A stretch of DNA of 48,181 bases from Rhizaria sp. SCN 62-66 (lineage: Eukaryota), in assembly GCA_001724265.1 (NCBI GenBank), contig MEDY01000371.1:1-48181 (forward strand), written 5' to 3'. The notes under the pieces are model-generated. The model made no database searches. It was not told the origin of the DNA and saw nothing but the letters and a program-made list of their open reading frames with translations. Every line of letters starts with the position of its first letter. The stretch's first letter is position 1. The position numbers were made by a program, and so were the translations under genes. This document shows positions 12,601 through 24,700 of the stretch, piece by piece.

Positions 12601-15600
12601 GGCGCGGCGCAGTACCAACGGGACTTGTAGGTGACGGCGGCGGCGACGGTGGCCGTCAGGACGAGGTCGGCGGCGTCGGGCTGCACCAGGCCGGACGCGG
12701 TGGCGATGGCACTGGAGGCGACGACGTTGGTGACGATGATGTCGGAGGCCGAAGAGAAGGAGAAGGCAGCGGACGCGGAGGCCGAGACGCCGTTCTTGGT
12801 GACGGTGAGCACGATCGTAACAGTCAGGCCGTCGAGGACATCGACCTGGGAGCTGGGGATGGAGAAGACAGCGACGTTGGTGGGCACGGGGACGTCGGTG
12901 ACGTTGCCGGCGAGCTGGCAGGGCGCGTTGTTGGCGAGGAAGCAGGTCCACTCGTACGACAGGCCGGCCTTGGCGGCCGCGGCGCCCGCGGCGACGAGGC
13001 CGGCGTCGAAAGACGCGGAGCCGTCGAGGACGAAGTTGGCGGCGAGGGCGCGGTTGAACACCTGCGTGGCGCCGCCCGCAATGACGGGGATGAGCTCGGT
13101 GGCGAGCACGGTCACGTCGACGTCGATCGACGACTCGACGGAGTAGCCGGAGGCGGAGTCGGACTGGACGGCGGTGGCACGGAAGACGTAAGCACCGACG
13201 GGCAGAGCGCCAGCAGCGAAGGCGAGCTTCGAGGCGCCGGCGACCGGGAGCGTGATCGAGTCGGCGTCAACGGCGGCGGGCTTGGAGACGAGTGACCAGG
13301 AAGCGGTCAGCACGGTCGTGGTCTCGGAAGCGCAGACGGAGGGCTGGAAATAGAAAGCAATCAAAGATAATAAATATGAGTGAGTTTAACATGTGATAAG
13401 AATGAAGTACATTATAATGATCGAGGTTTTAGGTTAGATGAAATGAATGAAAAGTCATTTGCGTACCTTAGCATTGGCGACGACCTCGATGGCGTTGGAG
13501 CTGGTGACGGTGACGGAGTCAGCAGAGATGAAGAGAGCAGGCACGTTGGTGTCCTCGACGGTGAAGGTGGCGGAGCCGGTGCCGGTGACATTGAGCCAGT
13601 TGGTGACGGCGACGTTGATGGTGACGGAGCCCGAGGGGACGAACTCGGCAAGCTCAGCGCCGGTGAAGACGAGCTTGTTCACGGCCTGGGGAGAGGTCAG
13701 CTTGCGGAACGACGCGTTGCGCGTGGGCAGCTTCTCGGCGACGTACTGGGTGAAGTAGGCGATCTGCTGCGCGGTGGCGCCGGCGCTGAGGGAGTACTGG
13801 TACTTCATGGCGAGGCCAGCGGCGCCCAACGAGCTGGAGAAGTCGACGGTGACGCCGGCGCAGGTCGAGGGGGCGTCGGAGACAGTGCCGCGGACGGTGA
13901 CGTCCGGCGGCGAGATGGCATTGACGACCGAGGTGACGACCGCTGCCGGGATGGGGACGGACACACCCTTGAAGTAGAACTTGTTGATGACGCTCGGCTG
14001 GATGGTGATGGTCGAGTAGAGGCGCAGCACGAAGTTGTCGCCCAGCGTGATGGTCAGCGTGGTGGCGTCAGTCATGGCGCACTTGGCGCCGGTGCCAAGC
14101 AGCGCGACGGACTTGTCCGAGAGGATGTCCGAGCACTTTTGCGACTGGATGTGGGCCGGGGGAATGACTACTGGGTGAGAGAACGTGATCACGACGGTGT
14201 CACCGCTGACGATACGGGCCGGAGTAGCCGTGAAGATGTGTTTGCACTTGACGTCGTCCGTGGTGAAGAGCTTGCCGGCGGCGGAGCGGAAGGTGTCCTT
14301 GCCCACGCACGTGCCCACAGCGAGTGAGTCGTCGGCGAGGATGTGGTGGTCGGCCGTGCACGACACCGAGAAAAGCTCGTTCTGCCCATTGAGCGTCTCG
14401 ATGAGGATGTCAGCGTCGTCGTACTCATCGCAATTGGCGTAGGGCAGGCAGGTCTGGATGTACTCATCGCCGTCGTTGAAGCCGAGGCGCCAGGCGTAGC
14501 CCTCGGAGAGGTTGGCAGGATTGCGGGGGCGGCAGGTCGCCGGCTGCAGCCCGGAAGCGTAGTGCGTCTGGGGGTTGCGGCAAGTGATGATGGCCTCCTC
14601 GAAGGGGAGGCCGCCGTTGGCGCCGTTGACGGAGCTGAAGACGACGGCGTTGGCGGCAGTGAAGTTGTACTCCTTCTTGTCGACCTCGGTCAGGTAGGGC
14701 TCAGTGCAGCGGAACTGAGTGAGGGGCTTGTCGTAGCACGGAGGAGCGCTGGGGTCAGCGATAGTCCACTTGTAGTCGACGTCATTGTTGCAGTAGTACA
14801 TGACTTCCTCCATCACAAACTTGGGGTCGGAGTCGGTCTGCTTGTTGACGAGGCACTGAACGGAGGCCATGGAGCTCGCGTTAGGCGAAATCAAGAGTTC
14901 GCCGCCGTGCTTGAAGTACTGGACGGCGCCGCCGATAGCAAAGGCGGAGGTGTCGATTTGGCTGGCACAGGCGCGGAGCGAGCACGTGACCTTGTCAACC
15001 TCGGCAACAGCACCGGTGGTGATGTCGGTGATGCGCTTCCAGGCGAAGGTGATGCCAACGCTGGCGTCGAGCAGGCGGTCGTGGACGGGCCGGCACTCGT
15101 ACCTGGCCTGGTCAATGTCACTGATATCCATGTACTCGCGCGCGCAAGCGATCGTCGCGGTGCTCCAGGCCTAGAAGATGACATGAAAAGACAGAAACAG
15201 TGAGAAAGAGAAAAGGAGCGCAAAAAAGGAGAAGAAGAAGCAACAATCGCAAAGCAAAAGAGCAGCAACTATAAGAACCATCGACGCTTTTGTTTGTTTA
15301 AACGCACCTTGTCGCCAGTGGAGTTGATGACGAAGTCGCTGGCAACGGAGCCGGCCGCGGTGAGCGCGGTGTCCAGCGAGGGGCAAGAGCCGGCGACGCA
15401 GTAGAAACCATGGCGACCGTTGACGCCGTCGGTGAGCCACTCGAACTCGCCGGCAGGAGTGTCGCCCTCGGAAATCCAAACGCCATCCTCACAGAACATG
15501 TTCATCACGGGGGTCTCGGCAGCGGCGTAATGATCGAAGAGGCTGTGGTGGGGGATGAAGTTGTAGGCGGCATTGCAGCTCATGGCAATGGATTCGCCCT

Positions 15601-18600
15601 CGTAGTACTTGGACTGTGAGAAAAAGCGCAAGCAGGCAAGCAGAAGTGAAAAAAAAGTGAGTGAAAAAGTGGGCAAAGTTTAACGAGACAAAACAGATCT
15701 AACAATTATTTCGTTGAAACAACACGGTTGTGACCTTTTGCGTGTGAAACGTACCTTGGCAGCAGAGGTGAGGCTTGCGTTGTCGGTGGTAGGGGCGGCG
15801 CACCACTTCCGGCACTTCAGCTGGGCTTTGATATCCGACATGCCGGAGAAGCCGACCGTGTTAGAGACGATCTCACCAGCGTCGCTGCAGTAGGCCGGGA
15901 TGGCGTGGGCGGAGGTGGGGACGGCGGTGTTGTAGAGGTATTCGGAGGCGTCCGCGCACTCGAGGACACCCACGGAGCCGACAGCGAGGCTGCCGTTGAC
16001 GATCGAGTTGCTGGCGTCCTTGAAGACAACGCCAGCGTCGAGCAGGTAGTGGTCGGAATCGCTGCGGTCCAGGTTGCAGGTGGCAGCGGTGTCGTCGCAG
16101 AAGCCATTGGGGTTTGAAGTAACAACCGCCTCGTTCAAGCCGGCAGCGGTGACCGTCCACTTGGGGGGCAGGTTGTCGAGAGACATCGTGGGTGTGCACT
16201 GGAAGTAGAAGTTGCTGTTGACGCCGTTGGCGCAGGATGCGTAGGCGTAGATGACGCCCGTCTGCGTCTTCAGCTCATCCTCAGAGGCGAGGACGCCGTT
16301 GCTCGCGTTGCGGAACGACAGGGCGCCCAGAGCGGGGAAGCTGCCCTGCTCCTCGATGGCCTTGCGGAGGTCGTTGGCACTGCAGCGCATCGTGGGGACG
16401 TTGGCGCACACGTACTGGGCGGCGGAGGAGGCGTCGATGACAACGTTGGTGCGAGTGTTCCACTCGCCGGCAACGCACTTGTAGTTAGAGAAGCCGTCCG
16501 CGATCTCGAAGTGGGCGGCGTTCATGACCTCCTTGGCGAGGTAGGTGTTCGAAGGGCACTTGAAGGTGACCTCGGTGTACTCGGGCGCCATCATCTTGCT
16601 ATTACGGATGAACAGAGACTGGGAGCTGAACGGCACACTCACGATCGGACGCACGTTGTACTCGTTGGAGTAGCCGAGGTCGCCGTTGGTCATGCTCCAG
16701 AGCAAGTTCATGTTGCACGCGCCGTCAGCAAGAGAGGTCGTGGTCGCACTGAAGGTAATGACGACGAACTGGCCAGCCTCATAGCCGTCCTCAGGGCCGC
16801 ACTTGGCAGTGAAGACGATACTAGAGCCCGAGCCGTCGACCAGAGGCACAACGGCGTTGCGGATCTCACCGGAAGTCATCGCGGTCGTGAAGGGCTCGGT
16901 GTCGAGGAAGTCGACGGACACGTCATTGTCAATGAGAACCTGCTTCAAGGTGAGCGAGACGTCGCGGGGAGCGACGCACGTGTTCTGCGAAGGAACGCAC
17001 GAGAAGACAAGGTCTTTGTTGTCGGAACCAGGGAACGCCGCGACGCCAGCGACGCCAGCAGCGGTGTAGAACTGGCCGTCCTTGCACACCATGTTGCCCG
17101 TGACGGCGGGCGCAGCGGAGCCGCTGATGACGCCGGGAAGGTACATGAGCTGGCTGGGCGTAATGGTAGCGTCACGCACAGCGGGAGCGAAGCCGGCGGG
17201 GCAGGTGATGCTGACAGTGTCGCCAGAGTTGGCGATCATGATTTCGTCGCCGTTCCACTGGAGGCGGCGCGCGGCGGCACTAGCGACGGTAACGCCAATG
17301 CGCGAGTCGAAGCGGACACCGGGGATCTTCGCGTAGCCCACGGGAATATAAGGGTTAGTGGTGTCGCTGCGCACGAACGCGAAGTAGCCAAGGACATCGA
17401 TCGTGCAGATGGCGGGGTTGGCAGCCTAAGGAGCAAACGCGCACCAAACAAACAAAACAAAAAACATGAGAGAGTTCCAAGAAAATTGCAGATAAGAGCA
17501 ATTTGAAGATTAGTTGTCGGATTAAAACGTACCTGACAGGCGACATTCGGATCCACCCACTGGAACTTACTAGTGCTAAACTCGCACTCGAGCGTGGTGC
17601 CGGGAGTGGGGATAGTGCCGGGCGCGCAAACGTAGGTCGGCGTGATGACATTGCTGACCACACCGTTCAGGTCGGGCGTCACGACTTTGGACCAGGCATT
17701 GTTTGTCGCGATGCTAGCGGCGTCACACTCGGAGGGGTAGCATTTGATATCGCTAGGGGATGAGACCTCATTGAGCTCCCAACTACCCATCTTGCATTGG
17801 GCAGTACCGAGCGCGCGCGCGGTCTCGTCCATGCAGGTAGGACGGAACACACCCCAGTGGTTCGCGTTGACGATGTCGGTCTGGATACCAGCAGCACCAG
17901 GAATAAGGAAACCCTGCTCAATGACGTACTCGAGCATTTCCGCAATAGTTTGGTTGCAGTAGGTGCAACCAGTGTCCTCGGTGTCAATCATGTAGCTAGA
18001 GCCGCTCGTGATGGTGACAGACGAATCGTGATTAACCCACTCACCATCATCGCAGGTGAGGCGGCCGTAGTTTGTGAATGAGGTGGAATCCTCAATGAGA
18101 GACTGGCAGCGGAGCGTGGCGACGGTGCCGTGGGCGTACGAGTTGGTGATCTCATACGGGGAGGACGTCACGGAGTACTCGTAGAACATGGCCTTCTGCG
18201 TGGGGTAGTTGTAGGTGATGGCGCCACAAGGAGAATAGCAGCTGAAGTAGGCGTCACTATTGGACAGATCCGAAGAAGCGGTCTCAGTGAAGTCATCGAG
18301 CGTATACCACCTATAGTCGGTCACGGAGTCCGACTTGTGCAGGCAGACATAGCCGCGGGTCTCGGCGGCGCGCTTGGAGTCGCAGCGGGGAACGATGCGA
18401 GAGCCAATAGCGAACTTGTAGAGGTTGTTCTCAATGTCAGACTCAGGAATGACGACGCCGGCTTGGGTGTAGGCCGCGTACCCGCGGGGGCCGTTGTTGT
18501 CCGCAGGGAACGTGGGGAACCAGGAGTGGTCAATGGTGCAGGCAGCGGAGGCGTACGCTGTGGTCGGAAGACAAAGAGTCAAGGCGAAGACAAGGCAAAG

Positions 18601-18798
18601 AGAGGGTAAATGGTGAGTCAAAGAGCTCCATAAAGGCCAGGAGAGTCGCGAGTAGGATGAAAAGAGGTAGAACAAAGAGGACAATGCCAGAAAAGCGTAG
18701 TCAGTTCATGGGAGAGTCAGTGAAGACGTACCCAGGAGAGCGGCGAGCATACAGAGACACAGCCATCGCTGTGTCAATGTACGGGGTTGCCCAATCAT
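9625..18798 (-). CDS. Polycystin-1-like protein, ~2745 aa: signal peptide, Cys-rich sushi/CCP-like modules, REJ-like region, GPS motif, 5 TM; exons 18798-18732, 18557-17533, 17425-15755, 15613-15308, 15170-13467, 13343-11478, 11351-9834, 9705-9625
   Basis: All seven GT-AG introns keep frame. N-terminus MIGQPRTLTQRWLCLCMLAALLAYASA. REJ-type motif FVLDGSASFD...LSYEWTC. GPS WSTAGC...VCKCTHLT. PKD1-type membrane segments HLLFSVF...TAMFW and WIGSAF...ILMKPV. Confidence 0.8.
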
Positions 18799-18866
18799 AC
18801 TGATGGGGTCTAAAAGCGTGGCGCAAAGAAAAAACAAGGATATACGGAAGAATGAAAAGGTGAGAT

Positions 18867-19077
18867 CTAGTTAGTACAGGTGTGACCAAGTGTTTCCTGC
18901 GCCCTGCAAGGCGACACGAGGTGCCGGTTAGCGAAAAGGGCCTAGACGAAAGGCCTCTATTTGGCACAGGCGGGACATCGAAACAAAGCGAGATCGTAGC
19001 CTTAGAGCGCTACCGGACAGAACTAAAGCAGCATTAGGACAATGCCAGCCTCAAAACAAAACCCTTGGTCAAACTAG
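18867..19077 (-). other. GC-richer, self-complementary element overlapping a TACTAAC branch point upstream of the polycystin-like start
   Basis: Nested complementary pairs seen by eye: 18867-72/19072-77, 18883-90/19064-71, 18924-33/19008-16. TACTAAC on the minus strand at 18876-18870; acceptor AG at 18811-18810. Confidence 0.4.
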
Positions 19078-20317
19078 CAGGACAAAGCAGTGTCGCTGCG
19101 AGGCAGGCAAAAGGGTGGGAGCGAACAGAGCCATTTGGCCAAAGCGAGCGTTGCGGCTCCCGCAACATTCGGGGGTGGAGCACACGAATCCAAGTTCAAC
19201 TAGGGATCGCAAAAGCGCGCACAATACGCTCGAAGGGTAAGCACTCTTTACATGAATTACGTATCAAAAATGTGATGCTCCTACGCAGTAAAAGGTCGGC
19301 AAAGTAAACTCCTATGGTCTTGGCCATGGTCGATAGAATCGAAAGCAAGCCGCCAAGGTGACCGTGAGCAGCGGCTTGCCTTCGGTTCAGCTAATCAATA
19401 AGCCAAGATTTCACCCTATCTGTCCTGCTCCACGACGTTATTAGCAGTTTTATGTCACTACCACAGCTTGTGATCGCATTGTGACTCCCATTGTTCCTTT
19501 AAAGTTATTTCGGACGGCAGGAACCTTGCGGTATGCTCAGCTTTGGGAGCTGACTAGTTGTCTACCCAGTTGTAGGAAATACTCTTGCATTCGCTCCACT
19601 GTTCGCATTTTGCAGAGTATGTGATGAAATGGAGATGATGAGTCTGTGATATTTGTCAATATATGCGATTGCCCGCAGTGCGGCCGCGAAATATAGCGCA
19701 CATTTTGAACTAGCACGACCGACCGAGTTTTTGTGCTCTTCAGACATGCCGTTCATGTTCATGCAGTCGACAGGTCGCGGCGCGCGGTAGCATGGCCTGT
19801 CATGGGCCACGAGCCTTGCACCTGTAGGATCACATTGCTTGGGCACGCTGACTTCTGGCTGATGTTGTTGTTGTCTTTAGTGACCGAGATCTGACCCTCG
19901 CGCGCCAATCGAGCCCCTCTTGCCTTCACTTTTTTGTTTCATCTTCTACCACGACAGCGACAATTACAATGCTTGCGACGATGCAGAACGTGTGACAGTT
20001 GCTCTGCTAGCGCGCCAGTTGCTCTTGTTGAGGTACGCTGCTGTTATGACGCCCCGCGACGCTGTTCACTACGTGCATCTTCACGCTGTCTTTTCGTAAC
20101 ACACAACGCCAATCTCTATCTCTCGGACCGAGCTTGATTCATCAATTAAGCGTGAAAAAAATGGGTTTATTTAAGAGAAAAGTCTATAGATATATAAAAA
20201 GCTGTTGTTGGGTCACCGGTCGCCAGTCACAAAAAGCAGCTGCGCCAGGGCATTGCGATCACCATGTGCGGTTTGCGGTTTGCGAGTGTGTGCGTGTTTT
20301 GACCTCCCACACGTCCC

Positions 20318-21016
20318 TTAGAAGGACATCTTGGGCGGGCACGTCTGGTCCTGCGAGACGGCGATCCAGTTCTTGGCCGCCAGGGCTTCGAAGCACGCGG
20401 GCAGCTGGAACCACTTGTCGGGGGTGGCGTTCTTGAGGGTGCAGTCGTTTTTGGGGCAGTCCGGGCACTTAGGGCACACGGCGCACGCGGTGGTGTTGTA
20501 CGACATCATCAGGACGCCGGCAGCGAGGACGACGAACACAAGCGCCTGGTGGGGAGAATCGAGTCGCGAGGAGACACAGAAAAGGGGGAAGGTGTGGCAA
20601 GAGCGTCGAGTGAGCAAAAAAAAGTTACGTCGTGGTTACCGACATATATAAACAAGCATGACAGTTAACACTGTGGGGTATAGACATAAAACCCCCTGTC
20701 ATTGCAATAATCCACAGATAGACATATTAATAAAGCGGCGGTACTTGTTTCACCGTACCTGAGCGTAGAGCAGATAGTGGACCTTGGGCTCGAGACTGTC
20801 GTGGGGCAGCCAGCGGTAGACGAGCACAAAGGTGAGGACAAGCGTGCCGAGGCCGATGGCTACGACGTAGTTGCCGCCGTGGCCGTTGGCGCTGCCCTGG
20901 ATGACGGTGATGATGAGCACGACGAGCAGGAAGACGGCGATGGCGCCGATCGCGAGCCAGGTCATGATCTTCTGGCACTGCGTGGTCTCCTTGGGAACGA
21001 GCGGGTCTCCGTCCAT
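20318..21016 (-). CDS. TMEM243 (DUF2678)-like 3-TM protein with Cys-rich C-terminal extension, 161 aa; exons 21016-20759, 20545-20318
   Basis: Three hydrophobic helices. PLVPKET and RWLPHDSLEPKV resemble TMEM243 PLFGET and WYRQGDLEPKF as recalled. Phase-0 GTACGG...CAG intron. Confidence 0.65.
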
Positions 21017-21777
21017 GGTGAGCTACGGTGCGTCGCGAAGATAGAGTGGCGTAACGTAGAGGGAGTGAGACAGGAAAGGGGTGTAATCACACGAGTGAGT
21101 TGGCCAGGACAGCGCCCAACAACAGATGTAGGGAGTGCGAATGACAGCAAACACACATAAAAGAGGAAGATCCAAGTACATCACAAGTGGGAAAATAACC
21201 AACCGGCGTTCACAATGATACAGATGGCCCATAAAAAGGTGTGGGGTTGAACAAAGATGAGGTGCGGGAAAGTCCTCTTACTTTGTCTTAAGTTGGTCCA
21301 AACTCCACTTAGTGCACATTCAATTAGCCGTCAGCACAAAAACTGATTCTTAAACCATATTCAAAACAACAAACTAGTTCATATTTTAATTACAGCAACT
21401 CATAAGGCGGCGCCATTCCGTCTCAAATCAACCGCGCGCTTTCCCGTCGCAGGACGACGTCTTCGCCGCAGTGCTAGGTAAGAGAGGCTTTGTTCGTGGA
21501 CCAATTTTGCGCGGGTCTACGCACATATTCTTATCAGCAGTAGGTCATACAAGGTGGCTTTTGTATTAGAGCTGGCGTACTTATACTTGTGTTTTTACGA
21601 ATTTCAATTTAGTCTATGTTATCCTTGCTAAACCGTCGCATCCGCCGCTCACTCCACGTCATTAACGGCTACTCGTACGCCTTGAAACGCACCTTAGTCA
21701 CTCAAAACAAACTCACACCCCGTTCAAACGCAGCAGCACTGCTCAACAGCGCCTTTCTTTAAATGAGATTAGGGTGA

Positions 21778-24700
21778 TTAGCGTGCGTTCGCGGCTCTCG
21801 CGCCCTTGCGCGGCGACAGCACCTGCCCCGCATTGTTGTTAAGCGGTGAACCCACTTCGGGCACCGCCGCGCTCGCGCCCGCGCTCGCTCCAGCAGCGCC
21901 GGCACCAGCGCCCGGGACGATGTTGTTCGACCCGATGAGCAGCCCGCCGCCGCTGCCGCCGCCGTGCGGGCCACCGAGGCCGCCGCCGCCGCCGCCGAGG
22001 CTGCCGCTGCGCGCGAGACTGCCCATCAGCACTGATGGCTGCGCCACGCCCTTCTTGACCGCGGCAAGCTCGTCGCCGTACTTCTTGCGCTGCACGAGCA
22101 GCGCGGCGGCGAGCGCGACGACGGCGGCCGCCAACGCGAGCGTGGCGCCGAACAGTCCCCAGGCTAGTTTGCGCGCGTTCGATCCCATCACAGTCGGCTC
22201 CCGCTCGATCGTGAACGGCTGGGAGTCGCGGTTCGCGCTGATAGGGCTCACTGCTTCGGTACCAGTCACTGTCGTGGCTGGGTTAGTCATGCCCGGCGTC
22301 GTTGTCGGTGTCGTTGTCACGAGGGGCGCGCCGTCAGCAGCCGTGCCGGCACTAGTCGTTCCCGGCCGAACGGGGGGCGTGGCGCCGTCGTTGAGCCCCG
22401 GGATGATGGCGAAGTCGATGCCGTCCGTGTTAGTCGCAGCCAACGCGGTGCCAGGGCCGTCGAAACCCGGCACATCGAACCAACCGGTGCCGCCGTTGCC
22501 GCCGTTTGCAGTTGAGGCCGTGATCACGGAGGAAACGGCTGCTGCTCCTATCTCCGTCTCCGCCCCCGCCGTGGTGACGACTCGCGCCCCGCCCTCCGGC
22601 GCCCGCGACAGTCTCTGCTCGCCGCCGCTCAACACCAGCAGCCCTGGCCCCGTCACCAGCCCTAGGCCCGCGGCCACGGGCGTCGGCGCCTTGACTGTGA
22701 GCACCGAGTTGGCGTTGCCGAGGACGACGCGCGTGTCGGTCGAGGGGCTGCCGTAGCGGTCCTGGCTGGCCACGCCCGCGGCCAGCAACGCCTGCGCGTT
22801 GGCACGCACGCTGATGCTGCCGCCGCTGTTGCGCACGTGCAGGGCGAGGCGGCCGGGGCCCTCGTGCTCCTGCTGCGCCAAACCAAGCAGAGGACTGCCG
22901 CTAGCGCTCGAGCTAGAGCTGAGGCCGGTTGAGCTAGAGTCGGAGTCAGGGGGACTGGTGAAGGCGAGGACGGCCTGTTCGAGCCACAGCTGCGGCGTGA
23001 TCTGACTGGGGGAGCCGGAGAGGCGCGGGGTGGCGGCACGGAGGCTTGCGCCGGGACCAATGAGGGCACCGGTTCCTGCGGTTACATTCGCGTCACGCCA
23101 CACAGATATTTAAAATAGAGTTTCATATGAGCAAGATAGATTCATGCATTGACTAATTTTACTCAAATTATATATAACACTATCACAGAGAGGATATCTA
23201 AATTAAATAGCATTGCTGGACTGTGATACATTGCGGAATTCTTGTTTAGTGGCGACTACACTTACCTGGAGAAAGGTGCCAGATGGCATTGACGTTCGTG
23301 ACGTCGACGTCGGTGCCGTGCGCCAGAGACAGCACACCGCCATCGTCAAGACGCAGCGCACTTGCGCCGATAGCCCTCTTGCTAGCGGTGGTCGCAGCGG
23401 CGGTCGTTGAGCCGGCTCCGCTGGCAGCAGCAGCAGTGGCAGCGGCAGTGGCGCTAGGACTTGTCGCAGTAGCAGTCGCCAGGGTAGACATAAGCGTGGC
23501 TCCACTGACCAATGCAGTCTCGCCGCCAACCTCGGCGTTATCAGAGCGGATATCGATGCCGCCAGAGCCCACGATCAGCGTCGCCGGCTTGAGCGTGCCC
23601 TGCAGTAACACGACGGCGCGCGCGCGAATCGTCGCGTCTCCCTCAACCACAGCACTCGCAGCGCCGGCGCTGTTAGTCACCGCTGCCGAGCCAACGCCAT
23701 TGCCACTGCCACTGCCGTTGATAGTGCTGCTGCCGATGCTAGAGCTGAAGGTGCTGGCTCCGGCGCCGAGAACGAGTGTGTCGGCAACAGTGAGGAGCGC
23801 GTCCCGGCCGAGGCTGACGCGGCTGGTTGCTCCCAACGACAGCGAGCGCAGCGTCATGACGGACAGCGCCGGCAGCAGCAAGTGACCGTGGGACGTGACT
23901 GCGATGCTGGTGCCGCCGGTGCCAATGGGCTCGACGGGGAATGTCACGCCCAGGTCAGTGCTTGACACGACAGCGCTGGCGCCGTTCGCAGCGCTGTTGC
24001 TGTTGCTGTTGCCGCTGCCGGTGATGGTGATGACGACGTTGGAGTCGGCCGGCTGCACGGCCAGCGCAGCTATGGCGACGATGCCGCCGCTGCTGAACAC
24101 CAACTCGTGCTGCCGCCCCATCGGAATCACGCTGCCGACCGCGGGACCCGCGATGAGCACGGTGGCGCCAGTGCCGGCGCCCACGGCTCCATCCTGCGGC
24201 TTAACTTCAACGCCGATAATGGCCGGGTCGCCGGCGTTGCCGCTGAGGTCGGCCTTGATGACGCCGGTTGGATAGACACTGATGTATCCAACAGCGTTGC
24301 TGTTGCTGCTACCGGTGATGAGCGGCTTGACCGCGCTGCCCGCAGCGACGGTGAGCATCGCCCCCGGCGTGACCTCGATCACGCCTCCCTCGCCGAGCGA
24401 CAGCGCGGCGCCGCGGGCGACGAGCGCGTTGGCGCTGTTGAGCACGACAGTTGCGCCGACTAGTGTGGGCTCGCTCAGCGTGCTGACGCTCGCGACGTTG
24501 GCGCTGTTGACGCTGCCGCTGTTGCCGTCGGCGTTGCGAGAGCTGGTGTTGGCCTGGGTATTGGCGACGGTAAAGCTCGCGGCCGGGCCAGTGACGATGC
24601 GCCGCAGGCTGCTGTTGGCGGTGACGACAGATGAAGCGGCGCCGCTCGCAGTACTGGCTGTGTTGGCTGCGTTGGCGTTGCTAGTCCGGCTGACACCGGT

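Noticed and set aside
19345-19379. 9-bp perfect hairpin GCAAGCCGC/GCGGCTTGC
   Set aside because: An isolated short stem that could arise by chance in 48 kb; no tRNA or snoRNA features around it.
21249-21496. GGAAAGTCCTCT ... AGAGGCTT pair resembling the RNase P/MRP P4 helix
   Set aside because: No room for P2/P3 before the first motif, an AT-rich unstructured interior and no proper CR-V context. The first motif also overlaps a likely splice donor of the TMEM243-like gene.
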